64,000 nucleotides of DNA from an uncultured Candidatus Saccharibacteria bacterium (GCA_964350735.1 CAYGKO010000001.1:310578-374577), one strand, 5' to 3'; shown: positions 1 to 10,471, numbered from the stretch's first letter. Numbers and translations: made by a program. The notes: generated by a model from the letters alone, not told the origin.

Positions 1-1
1 G

Positions 2-1930
2 CCAGTCGGGCCAGGTAATTTCTGGAACAACGTACTTTCAACGGTACTGCTTTTGGTGATGGTGACAGCTGTCTATACTTATTATGTAGAAGGACAGGAC
101 ACCCCAGAGGAACTCACACTATCGCAGGTAGCTGAGCAGCTGAAAGCGGGAGAAGTGTCAGAGATTATTGTACGAGGGACAACACTTGAAGTGAACTACA
201 CTGACGAGACGCGAAATAGTGGGGAAGCTAAGAAAGAAACTGATTCATCTATTACTGAAACCTTGGTAAATCTAGGAGTAACGACTGAACAAGTTTCTTC
301 AATTGCACTGGACGTACAAAACCCTACTGGTTTTGGGTATTGGGCTGGTAACTTAGCACCGTTCTTATTCCCACTATTATTCCTTGGAATTATTATTTGG
401 TTCTTCACTCGTTCAGTGAAGGGAGCCGGGATGCAGGCACTTAACTTTGGTAACAGCAAGGCGCGCATGATCGATCCTGATGACACCGCCAACAAAGTTA
501 CCTTCAAAGATGTAGCGGGCGCCAAAGAAGCCAAGCAAGAACTGGAAGAGATAGTCGACTTTTTAAAGAATCCAAAGAAGTTTCTCGACATTGGAGCCGA
601 GATTCCGAAAGGAGTGATGATGATGGGTTCACCGGGTACGGGGAAGACGCTCTTGGCCCGAGCCGTAGCAGGGGAGGCCGGTGTGCCATTCTTCTCAATT
701 TCTGGATCAGAGTTCGTGGAGATGTTCGTGGGAGTGGGAGCGTCACGAGTTCGCGACCTATTCCAGATGGCAAAGAAGAATGCTCCAGCGATTATCTTCG
801 TTGATGAAATCGATGCGGTCGGACGTGCTCGTGGTAGTGGTATTGGGGGAGGGAACGACGAGCGTGAACAAACACTCAACCAGATTTTGGTGGAGATGGA
901 CGGTTTTGAACCAAATGCCAAAGTGATCGTGATGGCAGCTACCAACCGACCTGACGTACTCGATCCAGCGTTGTTGCGACCAGGACGATTTGACCGACGA
1001 GTGACCATCGACTTACCTGACCGTGATGATCGCGAAAAAATCTTGCAGGTCCACTCTCGTAAGAAGCCATTGCAAGAAGATGTTGACTTGGCTTTGATTG
1101 CTAAACGAACACCCGGATTCTCTGGAGCTGACCTGCAATCACTGATGAACGAAGGAGCAATCCTCGCAGCTCGAGAGAAGCGCAAGAAGGTAGGACAGTT
1201 TGATCTGATTCGTTCAATCGAAAAGGTGATGCTTGGCCCAGAACGCAAAAGTCACGTGCTTTCAAAGAAAGAGCGGGAAGTCACTGCCTACCATGAGGTG
1301 GGGCACGCTCTAGTTGCATCGGTACTTCCATATGCTGACCCAGTCCAGAAAATTTCTATTATTTCGCGCGGACGAGCCGCTGGGTACACGCTGAAGCTAC
1401 CAGACGAAGATCGCAAGATGCATACCAAAAAAGAGTTCATAGACGATATAGCTATGACTTTGGGGGGATATGTGACCGAAGAGATGATTTTTGGAGATCT
1501 CACTACTGGTCCGAGTAATGACCTACAGGTGGTAGCCAATCTAGCTAGAGATATGGTCACCAAATACGGAATGAGTGACCTTGGTCCGATCGCCTTAGAA
1601 GGCACAGGAGGACGTATGATTGGTGGCGGTGAGAGTATTGATCGGGGCTTTAGCCCGCAGATCGCAAAAGCAATTGATGACGAAGTGGCTAAGCTGATTG
1701 AAAACGGTAAAGAAACAGCTCGAGAAATTCTGACTACTCATAAAGCTGCCCTAGAGTCTATCTCTAAGAAATTGATGGAAGTAGAGACCTTAGAGCGAGA
1801 AGAGTACGAGACACTTCTCAAAGAAGCAGGAGTAGAGATTAAGGATGTCTACCGCGATGCGCGTGAGGCTGAAGAAAAACTAGCTGACCCCAGTAAGGTG
1901 GCAGAAGGGGAAACGAAGGTTAGCGCTTAG
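2..1930 (+). CDS. ftsH: ATP-dependent zinc metalloprotease FtsH (frame open to the window edge, 5' probably truncated)
   Basis: TM segments, Walker A GSPGTGKT, Walker [32 protein letters not shown], zinc motif HEVGH; no stop between nt 2 and 53. Confidence 0.97.
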   Translation, partial: PVGPGNFWNNVLSTVLLLVMVTAVYTYYVEGQDTPEELTLSQVAEQLKAGEVSEIIVRGTTLEVNYTDETRNSGEAKKETDSSITETLVNLGVTTEQVSSIALDVQNPTGFGYWAGNLAPFLFPLLFLGIIIWFFTRSVKGAGMQALNFGNSKARMIDPDDTANKVTFKDVAGAKEAKQELEEIVDFLKNPKKFLDIGAEIPKGVMMMGSPGTGKTLLARAVAGEAGVPFFSISGSEFVEMFVGVGASRVRDLFQMAKKNAPAIIFVDEIDAVGRARGSGIGGGNDEREQTLNQILVEMDGFEPNAKVIVMAATNRPDVLDPALLRPGRFDRRVTIDLPDRDDREKILQVHSRKKPLQEDVDLALIAKRTPGFSGADLQSLMNEGAILAAREKRKKVGQFDLIRSIEKVMLGPERKSHVLSKKEREVTAYHEVGHALVASVLPYADPVQKISIISRGRAAGYTLKLPDEDRKMHTKKEFIDDIAMTLGGYVTEEMIFGDLTTGPSNDLQVVANLARDMVTKYGMSDLGPIALEGTGGRMIGGGESIDRGFSPQIAKAIDDEVAKLIENGKETAREILTTHKAALESISKKLMEVETLEREEYETLLKEAGVEIKDVYRDAREAEEKLADPSKVAEGETKVSA

Positions 1931-1980
1931 TTTTCCACAGTCAGGTGAGACAAGATAGCAGGAATGCTATATAAATTAGG

Positions 1981-2016
1981 TATTGGAGGCCGGCCCCTAG
2001 CGGAGCCGGCCTTTCT
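1981..2016 (+). promoter_or_regulatory. GC-rich hairpin (TATTGGAGGCCG...CGGCCT) in the ftsH / large-protein intergenic region; 5'-leader hairpin or ftsH terminator
   Basis: AGGCCGGC/GCCGGCCT inverted repeat; a near-identical motif occurs at 53173-53207. Confidence 0.5.
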
Positions 2017-2047
2017 TGTGTATTAAAATCTTATTAAATTATTTATC

Positions 2048-5000
2048 ATGACATCAAACACATTCTCATTTACTTCATTAGCACGAATGCTTCTTATGGC
2101 TATAGGCGCATTCGTGTTCATGATGTTTATCACTGCACAATCAGTTAGTGCGCAGTCGTTGGGAGGAGATTTAGAAGGCGGGAGTAACGATCGCTCATTT
2201 AGTATTGGAGACTTAGTAGAGACAACAGACATACTAAAGGTGCGGAATGGTCTCGGGGCTTATCTTGGAACTCAACCAGCTCTTGCCATCGGGAAGATAT
2301 TGAGTGGTCCGCGGACTGCTGGTGAGTTTGCCTACTGGGAAATAGATTTTAACTCGGGCTTTGATGGCTGGAGTGCAGCTCCATGGCTCCGTGAAGTTTC
2401 CGATAATAATGCAGGATTGCAAGACCAGATCAGGATGCTCTTGGCCATGATTGCATCAATGCAAGCTCAGCGTGCTGGAGGCGATGACCCAATTGAAAAC
2501 ATGGGAGTTACACAAAATGGTGTCTTTATGAATATAGATGCCCATGACTTCGATAGCGATCATTCAGCCGGCCAAGAAGATGTCGGAATTATTGAAATTG
2601 ATATCGAAGCACAAGATAGTGATATTGTGATCGAAGATGTATTCATCAAGCTTACACAACTTACAAGAGGATTAGGATTTGATGACTTCGAGAGTTTTGG
2701 TCTTTGGTATGAAGGAAACAAGATCGCTGAAGTTGATTCTTCAAAATTTTCCAATGGTGTGCTCCGTATCCCATTGGTAAACACAGTTGAAGTAGAAGTG
2801 GGCGAAGAAATTGAATTAATTGTTGCGGCATCAATAGCTAATGCCGCACCATCTGGTACCTGGGAGATTGCAGTAACAAATCTTTCCTACTTAGACTTAG
2901 AAGCAAGAGGTACAGATAGTATCGGTAATGACGATGATCGGGTTCGCTTTATGGTTCGAGGAGAAGGGACAGACAGTCTTGTTGTGCGATCATCAGCTGA
3001 TGATCCTGACGCAACCACCTTCCAAATTGAAACAGACGATGTTTCAGATGATTTCATGGTGTTCGCTTTCGATCTAGAGACTGAGGATAACGAAGATGAT
3101 GTCGAGCTATTCCAAATCATTTTGGACGTAGATCTCTATAATGTAAAAGACGGTACTGTGGCTGAGGATGTGATTCATGACGCCGCTCTTATTATTGACG
3201 GCGAACGAATTGATTCAGATCTGCAGTTTACTAACCGAGGGCAACTACTATTGTTCACTGATCTCGAATATTATCTCGATGAAGATGACTCAGTAACAGT
3301 TGAAGTTGAAGTCAGATTTGAATCAGCAAACGAGGCTGAGGGAATAGGCTTTGATATTAGTACTGAGCAAATTCTAGCGGTTACAGATGACGGTGGTGGT
3401 ACACAGATTACGGCTGAAGGGTCAGCGCAGGGAGAAAAGCATGCGCTTCGCAGTGAAGGTATTATCACCGAACTTGTGTCAGTTGATGAAGAATTGATTG
3501 AAAATAGTGATGCAACGTCAAGTGATGATGAAGGGCAGTTCATTATTGAGTTTGATGTGACCGCGTTTGAGTCAGACATCTACATCAATCCAACCACACG
3601 GCATGATGGCGGTGGTGGTCAAGGGACTGAAGGTTTCACCTTCAACTTACGCAACTCAAACTTTATTGAAGGAGCTGAGGGAGCAAGCATAGCAAGTATT
3701 AGTTCAACAGCTGGTAGAGAGCGCAGTGGGCGGTATCGAATTGATGAGGGTGAAACTGAAGGATTTGAGCTAGTGGTACGTTACACTCCTGAAGAATCTG
3801 GTTCCTACCAGATGCAGCTCTTCAGCATCAATTACAACACAGTAGATGCCAATCCAAATCGACACGTTCGTCCTCAGGATGCAGAAGACTTTGAAACAGA
3901 TTTCTTAGTAATTGATGGTTCAGGAGTCTCTACAGACCCAAACAATAATCCATCAGTTGATGTGGAGCTCATACGTACATCTAGAAGTATTCGTGAGAAT
4001 AGTGACGCAACAGAGACTGACGATGAAGGAGTATTTGAAATTACATTTGAAGTTACTGCAGACGATGGCGATGTGTTCGTAAATCAAATTCCAAGTCATG
4101 TCAGCATTCCGAACCGTAGTGACGATGAACTGATAGTGTTCATAGAAAAATCTGGTCGTCGAACTAGTAACTACGACTCTCTTGCTCTAACGCTCGAGTC
4201 TTCAGCCGAACAAAATGGAGAGTATTACGAGGTGCAAGAAGGAGAGACTGAAACATTTACCGTGACCATAGAACTTGAGCCAAAAGAATCAGGTATCTAT
4301 CGAGTAGGGATAACTTCACCATTTGTGTTTAGCAATGATGACGGTAATGGCGATACACTGGAGTCAAGAATTTCAGAATCAACATTCCGAACTGGCTACC
4401 TGGTCATTAATGGTGGTCCGGATGAGGTATTGGAAACAACGGGTACCTATCAGGTATACATTGATGGAAAACTAGCGGTTACTGCTCGAAACACTACTCG
4501 TGAGTACGCAACCAACAGCTGTAAGTCAGCTGCGAAAGATTCTGCTAAATCATATCGGTGTACTTGGAATGGAATTGAAGTGTATAAAACTGAAGCTGAG
4601 TCTGTGAGTACACAAGCTGTACCGACCTTGGTTATGCAACAACGAGTAAACGGCAGTCGTGCATCAGATCGTGATGTGACGGTTAACGAAGGTGATGACC
4701 TTAATTTGTATTGGAAGACCACTGGTGCTACATCTTGTACGTTCTCTACTAAGTCAAATACTAAAGATCGATTTAACGGCTGGGACGGTGACAGAGATTC
4801 AACAATTAATGGAGACGACACTACTGTCGGTATCCCTGACCCCGGAAAAACTGATAATTACGGAATTGTCTGTCGAGGTCCTGGGGGATCAGTTGGAGAT
4901 TCAATTAATGTAACAACACGAGCAACAGAGACTGAGGTTGAGAAAGGAACCTACCAAGGATACGTCGATGGACGACTGTTCATCACTACTCGAGATATAG

Positions 5001-6046
5001 AACGAAGTTACGCCATTGATAACTGTAAACTGAATGCTTCTAAGAATCCTACTAAGTCATACCGGTGTACCTGGAATAATACCGAAGTATATAAAGTCGA
5101 TGCAACTGAAGTCAAAAATGAGGTTGTAGAAGTAGCTACACCAGTAGTTGCTGGTCCTATCCCAGTTCCTGCTCGACCATCACATGCTTGTAGTGCCGAC
5201 GGTAAAACATTGACCATGAACTGGCGAGCGCCTGCTGGCTACGACACCTTCTACTTCCGTATGCAGGATAACAAGACAGGGGCGCGCATTAACTGGGATG
5301 AAAACCTTCAGGCAACTACAAAAAAAGTTAGTGTAACTCCGGGTCAGTCCTACACGTGGTGGGTGCATACCAAGCGAACGAGTGATAGTAAATGGAGTAC
5401 TTCAGTTAAGGAAGAAAATATTGTGTGTGACGCGCCAGTAGTTGCCGCTCCTACTGTCGCTAAAGGAACCTACCTTGGCTACCTCGACAATCGTCAGTTT
5501 ATCCGTACAGCAAGCATTACAGAAGCAGATGCCTTAGCAAACTGTAAATTGAATGCTCGTAATAACCCAACCAAGGCAGTTCGGTGTACGTGGAATGGTG
5601 GAGAGATTTATAAAGCAGAAGGAGAAAAAGTAGCTACACCAGTAGCTGTTAAGGCACAATCAGATTCATCGCTACCAAAACCAAACCAACCAATGCATTT
5701 TTGTAGAAATGATAATACTCGAATGGTTATGCGATGGGATGCGCCAGCGGGATCCGATAATTTCTACTTCCGGATGCGCGACAGTGCGACTAAAACAAGA
5801 ATGAATTGGGAAGAGAAATATTCACGAAAATCAATCGGTGTCGATGTAACACCAGGAGTAAAATATGATTGGTGGGTACATGTGCGTGATGACGCTACAG
5901 GAAACTGGAGTAACCACGTTGGGGAATATGGTATCTCCTGCGGAGGCTCAGTACTAGGTGCTTCAGTTTCTGTAGACGAAGTACGGGCCGAAATTAAAGA
6001 ACGATTAACAGAGATTAAAGATCGACTAGAAGTGTTGCAAAGATAG
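2048..6046 (+). CDS. Large secreted repetitive surface protein (acidic Ig-like repeats, Cys-containing repeats, FN3-like repeats)
   Basis: 1332 aa ORF, signal-peptide-like N-terminus, several visible internal repeats, C-terminal GSVLGAS plus coiled coil. Confidence 0.8.
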   Translation: MTSNTFSFTSLARMLLMAIGAFVFMMFITAQSVSAQSLGGDLEGGSNDRSFSIGDLVETTDILKVRNGLGAYLGTQPALAIGKILSGPRTAGEFAYWEIDFNSGFDGWSAAPWLREVSDNNAGLQDQIRMLLAMIASMQAQRAGGDDPIENMGVTQNGVFMNIDAHDFDSDHSAGQEDVGIIEIDIEAQDSDIVIEDVFIKLTQLTRGLGFDDFESFGLWYEGNKIAEVDSSKFSNGVLRIPLVNTVEVEVGEEIELIVAASIANAAPSGTWEIAVTNLSYLDLEARGTDSIGNDDDRVRFMVRGEGTDSLVVRSSADDPDATTFQIETDDVSDDFMVFAFDLETEDNEDDVELFQIILDVDLYNVKDGTVAEDVIHDAALIIDGERIDSDLQFTNRGQLLLFTDLEYYLDEDDSVTVEVEVRFESANEAEGIGFDISTEQILAVTDDGGGTQITAEGSAQGEKHALRSEGIITELVSVDEELIENSDATSSDDEGQFIIEFDVTAFESDIYINPTTRHDGGGGQGTEGFTFNLRNSNFIEGAEGASIASISSTAGRERSGRYRIDEGETEGFELVVRYTPEESGSYQMQLFSINYNTVDANPNRHVRPQDAEDFETDFLVIDGSGVSTDPNNNPSVDVELIRTSRSIRENSDATETDDEGVFEITFEVTADDGDVFVNQIPSHVSIPNRSDDELIVFIEKSGRRTSNYDSLALTLESSAEQNGEYYEVQEGETETFTVTIELEPKESGIYRVGITSPFVFSNDDGNGDTLESRISESTFRTGYLVINGGPDEVLETTGTYQVYIDGKLAVTARNTTREYATNSCKSAAKDSAKSYRCTWNGIEVYKTEAESVSTQAVPTLVMQQRVNGSRASDRDVTVNEGDDLNLYWKTTGATSCTFSTKSNTKDRFNGWDGDRDSTINGDDTTVGIPDPGKTDNYGIVCRGPGGSVGDSINVTTRATETEVEKGTYQGYVDGRLFITTRDIERSYAIDNCKLNASKNPTKSYRCTWNNTEVYKVDATEVKNEVVEVATPVVAGPIPVPARPSHACSADGKTLTMNWRAPAGYDTFYFRMQDNKTGARINWDENLQATTKKVSVTPGQSYTWWVHTKRTSDSKWSTSVKEENIVCDAPVVAAPTVAKGTYLGYLDNRQFIRTASITEADALANCKLNARNNPTKAVRCTWNGGEIYKAEGEKVATPVAVKAQSDSSLPKPNQPMHFCRNDNTRMVMRWDAPAGSDNFYFRMRDSATKTRMNWEEKYSRKSIGVDVTPGVKYDWWVHVRDDATGNWSNHVGEYGISCGGSVLGASVSVDEVRAEIKERLTEIKDRLEVLQR

Positions 6047-6061
6047 AAAAAGAGAAGTAAC

Positions 6062-6093
6062 AAAAAAGCCGACCCGAAAGGGTCGGCTTTTTT
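6062..6093. terminator. Bidirectional intrinsic terminator
   Basis: AAAAAAGCCGACCC-GAAA-GGGTCGGCTTTTTT between convergent genes. Confidence 0.9.
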
Positions 6094-6101
6094 GTTTCAA
6101 G

Positions 6102-6791
6102 CTACAGTGTTTCAACATCAACAATCAGTCCATCTTCAAGGTGAAAGATCCGATCACATCCGAGTGCGTACTCTCGTTCGTGGGTCACCATGACGATGGT
6201 TTGTTTGGTGGTTTGGTTAAGCTCGGTCAGTAGGTCGATGACCTGGCGACTGGAAGCAGAGTCGAGATTGGCGGTTGGTTCATCAGCAAAAATAATCTTT
6301 GGTTTACTCGCTACCGCTCGAGCAATTGCCACACGCTGCTGTTCTCCACCAGATAGTTCAGAGGGGAGGTTAGGGTACTTGCCAGCTAAGCCAACCGCGT
6401 CCATGGCTGTATCAGCGGTAGCAGCAGCATCATCCCAGCTATGTCCCCGCATTAACAGTGGCATCATGATGTTTTCTCGGGCTGAGAGGTCGGGAACAAG
6501 CGCGTAGTCTTGAAACACATACCCCAAGGTATTGAGCCGGAACTTAGTACGAGCTCGCTCATCCAAAGTGGTTATGTCGGTCCCGTTAATGGTAATGGTT
6601 CCACTAGTTGGTTCATCAAGGGCCGAGAGTTGGTACATCAGAGTTGATTTACCGGCGCCTGAGCGGCCCATGATAGCTACAAACTCACCAGTGTGCACCA
6701 TAATGTCGATGCCATGCAGTACCTTCGTAATGAGGTCACCGGTGCCGAACTGACGGTGGATATTGGTTCCGTTGATGATGGGGATTGTCAT
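6102..6791 (-). CDS. ABC transporter ATP-binding protein (LolD/MacB-like)
   Basis: GRSGAGKST, LSGGEQQRVAIAR, IFADEPTANLD, H-loop VTHE. Confidence 0.95.
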   Translation of the reverse strand: MTIPIINGTNIHRQFGTGDLITKVLHGIDIMVHTGEFVAIMGRSGAGKSTLMYQLSALDEPTSGTITINGTDITTLDERARTKFRLNTLGYVFQDYALVPDLSARENIMMPLLMRGHSWDDAAATADTAMDAVGLAGKYPNLPSELSGGEQQRVAIARAVASKPKIIFADEPTANLDSASSRQVIDLLTELNQTTKQTIVMVTHEREYALGCDRIFHLEDGLIVDVETL

Positions 6792-6800
6792 AGTAATAGT

Positions 6801-8048
6801 TTATTTCCGACCGAGGATCGAGTTAAGGGTATTCTGCCTCGCAATCATCCAGGCTGGCAAGAGTCCTGCGATTAGGGTAATAACAAACAGCACTAAAAAT
6901 CGAATAAAAGTTTCATACGGGTCAGCAACTAGAATCCCATCACTGAAGGGGAATTGGATTGGATTGCGATCAAAGTATGGGATGAGCACTAGGTAGGTCA
7001 GGAGCGCCCCCAGTAATGAGCCAGCCAGGGCGTAGAAGGCGGCTTGGATTACATATGCCAGTTCAATCGCACGCCGCTCGATGCCAATCCCCTTGAGGAT
7101 ACCAATATGCCGCCGCCGAGAAAGGGCGTTAATAAAGATTATGATAAAGATGGTGATAGAAGCTACTACGATGCCAATCGAGCCGATCATGGTACCGAGT
7201 AGATTAAAAGTGTTTTTAATATCAATCAAAAACTTGGGTAGACTTTCTTGGAAGGTTTGAATCTTGGCAAACTCGTCAAGACCATTTGCGACGAGGGATG
7301 CTTTCACTGCATCTCCAGAAGCGCCTGGGGTAATCCGGATAGCAATCTGATCAGCATTGCGGTCTAAGCGGCCGAACAGTCGACGAAATTCGCGTTCCGG
7401 GATGTAGCTATTGAGAGAGACCTCGTCTACTTTTGATTGGACAATGCCTTTAATAATAAATTCTTTGCTGACGGTACCCTTAGTCAAACGCACCGTGTCA
7501 CCAGGAGCAACGTTACTGACTGTTTCAAAAATATCACCAAAGTTCTGAGCGTACTCTTCCGTGTAGAGTGCGCCAAGGAGAATATACCCCTCTTCATTTG
7601 GATCTAGAAATTCTCCCGCGATCACATCTTCCGATAAGTTTGTCATCTGGTCTTCTGCAATAGGGTCAATGCCAGTTACAGTGATATTAGCGATATCTCG
7701 TTCACCAGTTAAGTCACGCCGTTCTTTGTAGTTTGCTTCGAGCACCCCGCCATCTTTATAGCGTACCGAGTACTCAGTGATTTCAGGAAAGGCTTCTAGT
7801 TCCCGTAGGATAGCCTGGGTTTCTACGATTCTGTCTTCGTCGTCGCGAGCAGTGATAATGATGTCGCCTAGTGAGCTTTCTTGGATAGCACGCTCAGACC
7901 CTTCGATCAGGCCTACTAAAATTCCTGATACTGCGATCAGGTTAAGGAAGGTGAGCATCATCACAAATATGATCAGACCAGTCGTCCAGATACCGGCGCG
8001 CTGGATTTGTCGTAGGCCAAGCAGTAAGCCAATGCGAACACTTTTCAT
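6801..8048 (-). CDS. ABC transporter permease, FtsX/MacB/LolE family
   Basis: N-terminal TM, large extracytoplasmic domain, three C-terminal TMs with RRRHIGILKGIG motif. Confidence 0.9.
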   Translation of the reverse strand: MKSVRIGLLLGLRQIQRAGIWTTGLIIFVMMLTFLNLIAVSGILVGLIEGSERAIQESSLGDIIITARDDEDRIVETQAILRELEAFPEITEYSVRYKDGGVLEANYKERRDLTGERDIANITVTGIDPIAEDQMTNLSEDVIAGEFLDPNEEGYILLGALYTEEYAQNFGDIFETVSNVAPGDTVRLTKGTVSKEFIIKGIVQSKVDEVSLNSYIPEREFRRLFGRLDRNADQIAIRITPGASGDAVKASLVANGLDEFAKIQTFQESLPKFLIDIKNTFNLLGTMIGSIGIVVASITIFIIIFINALSRRRHIGILKGIGIERRAIELAYVIQAAFYALAGSLLGALLTYLVLIPYFDRNPIQFPFSDGILVADPYETFIRFLVLFVITLIAGLLPAWMIARQNTLNSILGRK

Positions 8049-8054
8049 GGCGCA

Positions 8055-9560
8055 CTAAGGGGCAATTACTTCGGTTCCTTCTGATAAGCCGATTACTTCT
8101 GTATAGCCATCGTTACCACTAAAACCAATTTCTATTTCAGTAGTAACAGGACGTTGTTTGGCAGGAAGCAAAACGGACGAAAGTCCATCTGCTGTTGTTA
8201 TGAAGCGCTTAGACAGCCGCAGTACGTCAGTTCGGCTGTCAACAATAATATTTACGTCAGCGTTGAGGCCTGAGCGTAGCCAGGCGGGAGTGTCATTGAA
8301 AGTAATCATTGCCTCGAAGTACGCTACCCCATCGATCTCAGTCGCGAGGGGAGAAATAAAATCAACCGTTCCATATACCAAAGTATCGCTTTGGGCATCA
8401 AACAAAATTTCAGCGTTCTGGCCAGTGATTATCTTTGTGACGTCAATTTCGGGTATTCGCACCGCGAGCTCAAACCCGTCATTTGCGAGTAGGGTAATGA
8501 CCGGTGTATTCGGAGCAGTCTCACCGGGAAGGATATCAATGTTGGTGATTGTGCCTGCAAACGGAGCGACAATAGAGCGATCCGCCAGTTCGGCATCGAT
8601 AACAGCAATTCTGGCCTGAGCTTGGGTGATTGCTGCGTCAGCCCGAGTGATTTCTTCGGTCCGGGGAGCGGCATTAGCAAGCGTCGCTTCATTTGAGGCG
8701 AGAGCAGAGGCATTGAGGGCAGCTTCAATTGCATTCTTGCGTTGGGTCACTGCTAGTTCGTAGGCGTTTTTGTTTGTAATGTACTGGCTGCTACGGGTGT
8801 TGGGTACAGCAATAGTCCAGCTTGATAGATTATATTTTTCGCCAGCTGTAAATTGTAGGAACAAACCACATGTGCCAAATGCACCAGCCGTCTCAGTGAA
8901 GGCGTTGTAGGTGCCACTTTCAAGACCTGATACGCGGTAGGAAAAGCCAGTGTTTGCATTTGATCGGTAGACATCAACAATGTACGTGCCCTCGGTGTCG
9001 CAGGTGTAGGTGCCACTAACTGTAGGCGGTGCTGCATCTTCACGAATATCATCAGTGAGCGCTCCAAGATCACTGGAGAGTAGTGTTTGTCGAGCATTAA
9101 TGACGCGTTCATTTTGTTCAGCTGTTACTTGGCTTAGGGTTGATTGAGTGTTGGCAACAGTAGTATCGGTGACAGTACGTGCCTCACCGCGGGGGCCGGC
9201 GACCAGCTCTGCTTTGTCAGCTTGGGCACGGCGAAGCGCGGCGACCGCATCATTTCGTTCGGCCACAAGACGCGCAGAAGCCAGGGTCGCAAGCACATCT
9301 CCGGCCGCAACCACATCGCCTTCATCCACAAATACTTCAGTCACGATTCCGGTTACAGGGAAGGCCAGCTGAGCCGTGTTTTGTGCTTCGACTACTCCAG
9401 ATACTGCTACGACTTCAGTAATATCTCCGCGCGTAACGGTAGTAGTGATGTACTCAACCTGCTTTTCACTAAAGACACTAGTCAGTAGCCAAAGCGCAGT
9501 TAGGATAAGTCCAGCCGCACCAGCAATGTACCAAGAACGTGATTGGAGAATGATCCGCAT
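8055..9560 (-). CDS. Efflux membrane fusion protein (HlyD/MacA-like adaptor)
   Basis: Lipoyl half-motifs GIVTEVFVDEGDVVAAGDVLA and IVAPFAGTIT, long helical hairpin, operon with the ABC genes. Confidence 0.9.
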   Translation of the reverse strand: MRIILQSRSWYIAGAAGLILTALWLLTSVFSEKQVEYITTTVTRGDITEVVAVSGVVEAQNTAQLAFPVTGIVTEVFVDEGDVVAAGDVLATLASARLVAERNDAVAALRRAQADKAELVAGPRGEARTVTDTTVANTQSTLSQVTAEQNERVINARQTLLSSDLGALTDDIREDAAPPTVSGTYTCDTEGTYIVDVYRSNANTGFSYRVSGLESGTYNAFTETAGAFGTCGLFLQFTAGEKYNLSSWTIAVPNTRSSQYITNKNAYELAVTQRKNAIEAALNASALASNEATLANAAPRTEEITRADAAITQAQARIAVIDAELADRSIVAPFAGTITNIDILPGETAPNTPVITLLANDGFELAVRIPEIDVTKIITGQNAEILFDAQSDTLVYGTVDFISPLATEIDGVAYFEAMITFNDTPAWLRSGLNADVNIIVDSRTDVLRLSKRFITTADGLSSVLLPAKQRPVTTEIEIGFSGNDGYTEVIGLSEGTEVIAP

Positions 9561-9616
9561 TGGTTTTAGTATACCAAGTCAAAAACCAATCTTATTTTAT
9601 ACAGATGAATAACTTG

Positions 9617-9689
9617 TCCGCCCGCTTGGACTTGAACCAAGAACCACGAAGGTATAAGCTTCGCGCTCTACCGATTGAGCTACAGGCGG
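9617..9689 (-). tRNA. tRNA-Ile, anticodon TAT (UAU)
   Basis: Cloverleaf CCGCCTG TA GCTC AATCGGTA GAGC G CGAAG CTTATAC CTTCG TGGTT CTTGG TTCAAGT CCAAG CGGGCGG A; CCA not encoded. Confidence 0.92.
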
Positions 9690-9782
9690 ATATAAGGAGC
9701 AAAGCACAAAAGTGTACTTTTGTAGTTTGTCCGATTGTCTTGCCTGTATGGTTTCCCATACAGGCGGATATTCGGTGCTGAA

Positions 9783-9811
9783 ACTATACCGTGGTTTGAG
9801 AGTATGTTCAA
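9783..9811 (-). promoter_or_regulatory. Sigma70-like promoter for tRNA-Ile
   Basis: TTGAAC-17 nt-TATAGT on the minus strand. Confidence 0.55.
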
Positions 9812-9858
9812 TTATATGATTTCGGTTTTTGTAGTCTTCAAAATTGTATAGTCAATTC

Positions 9859-10410
9859 TTAGCGAAGGATTGTAAACAATGTGATATCAATAATGTATTT
9901 AAACAAAATATAAGAAGTGAGCTGGAATTCTAGGCTGTAAGAAGTGTCCAAGAAATTAAAAAACAACGCTAACAAAGCTAATCCGGCTGCGAGTATGCCG
10001 AATATATATCCAGTACGAGTAATAAATGATTGTTGAAGTTTTTTCGAAAGATGGTGGCTGGTGAGGAGGTATGTATGCGCTAGTAGGGTGCTTGCAAATG
10101 GTGTTAACAGCGCAGCCGCTTGGAGACCACCGTTTTTGATCCCTTCAATAAAATTTGGTAATAATAATACAAACACACTACTCGCTATCACGATGCCAGC
10201 ATACGTGACACCTATGAGTATATTCCGATCAGATTGCAGATGCTGCTGCAGTTGCAAAACAGCGTAGAGCATCATAATAGTGATCTCAAAAGCGAAAAAA
10301 CATATTGCAACTGATATAGGTAAGTTAAAGTAATAAACAGCGATGACACTCAGTGAGGTGTTGAGCCACAATCGTGGTAAATAACTTATAAGTGGTGGCA
10401 AATAATTCAT
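9859..10410 (-). CDS. Multi-pass membrane protein, probable distant paralog of the neighbouring DUF6498-like gene
   Basis: Hydrophobic throughout; FAFEITI and ILFKYIIDI echo YWFETII and ITAKTLMEL of the neighbour. Confidence 0.6.
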   Translation of the reverse strand: MNYLPPLISYLPRLWLNTSLSVIAVYYFNLPISVAICFFAFEITIMMLYAVLQLQQHLQSDRNILIGVTYAGIVIASSVFVLLLPNFIEGIKNGGLQAAALLTPFASTLLAHTYLLTSHHLSKKLQQSFITRTGYIFGILAAGLALLALFFNFLDTSYSLEFQLTSYILFKYIIDITLFTILR

Positions 10411-10471
10411 ATCTGCATTGTAGCAGCTATTAAAAATGCAGCGTCTCGACCATATTGGATAATTTTGGAGA

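Noticed and set aside
196-1248. 350-aa minus-strand ORF and similar long antisense ORFs (for example 23326..24039 and those over recG)
   Set aside because: Shadow frames of well-supported genes on the opposite strand, with no motifs of their own
1931-1939. oriC suggested by DnaA-box-like sequences
   Set aside because: The boxes are single and scattered; no cluster, unwinding element or dnaA gene nearby
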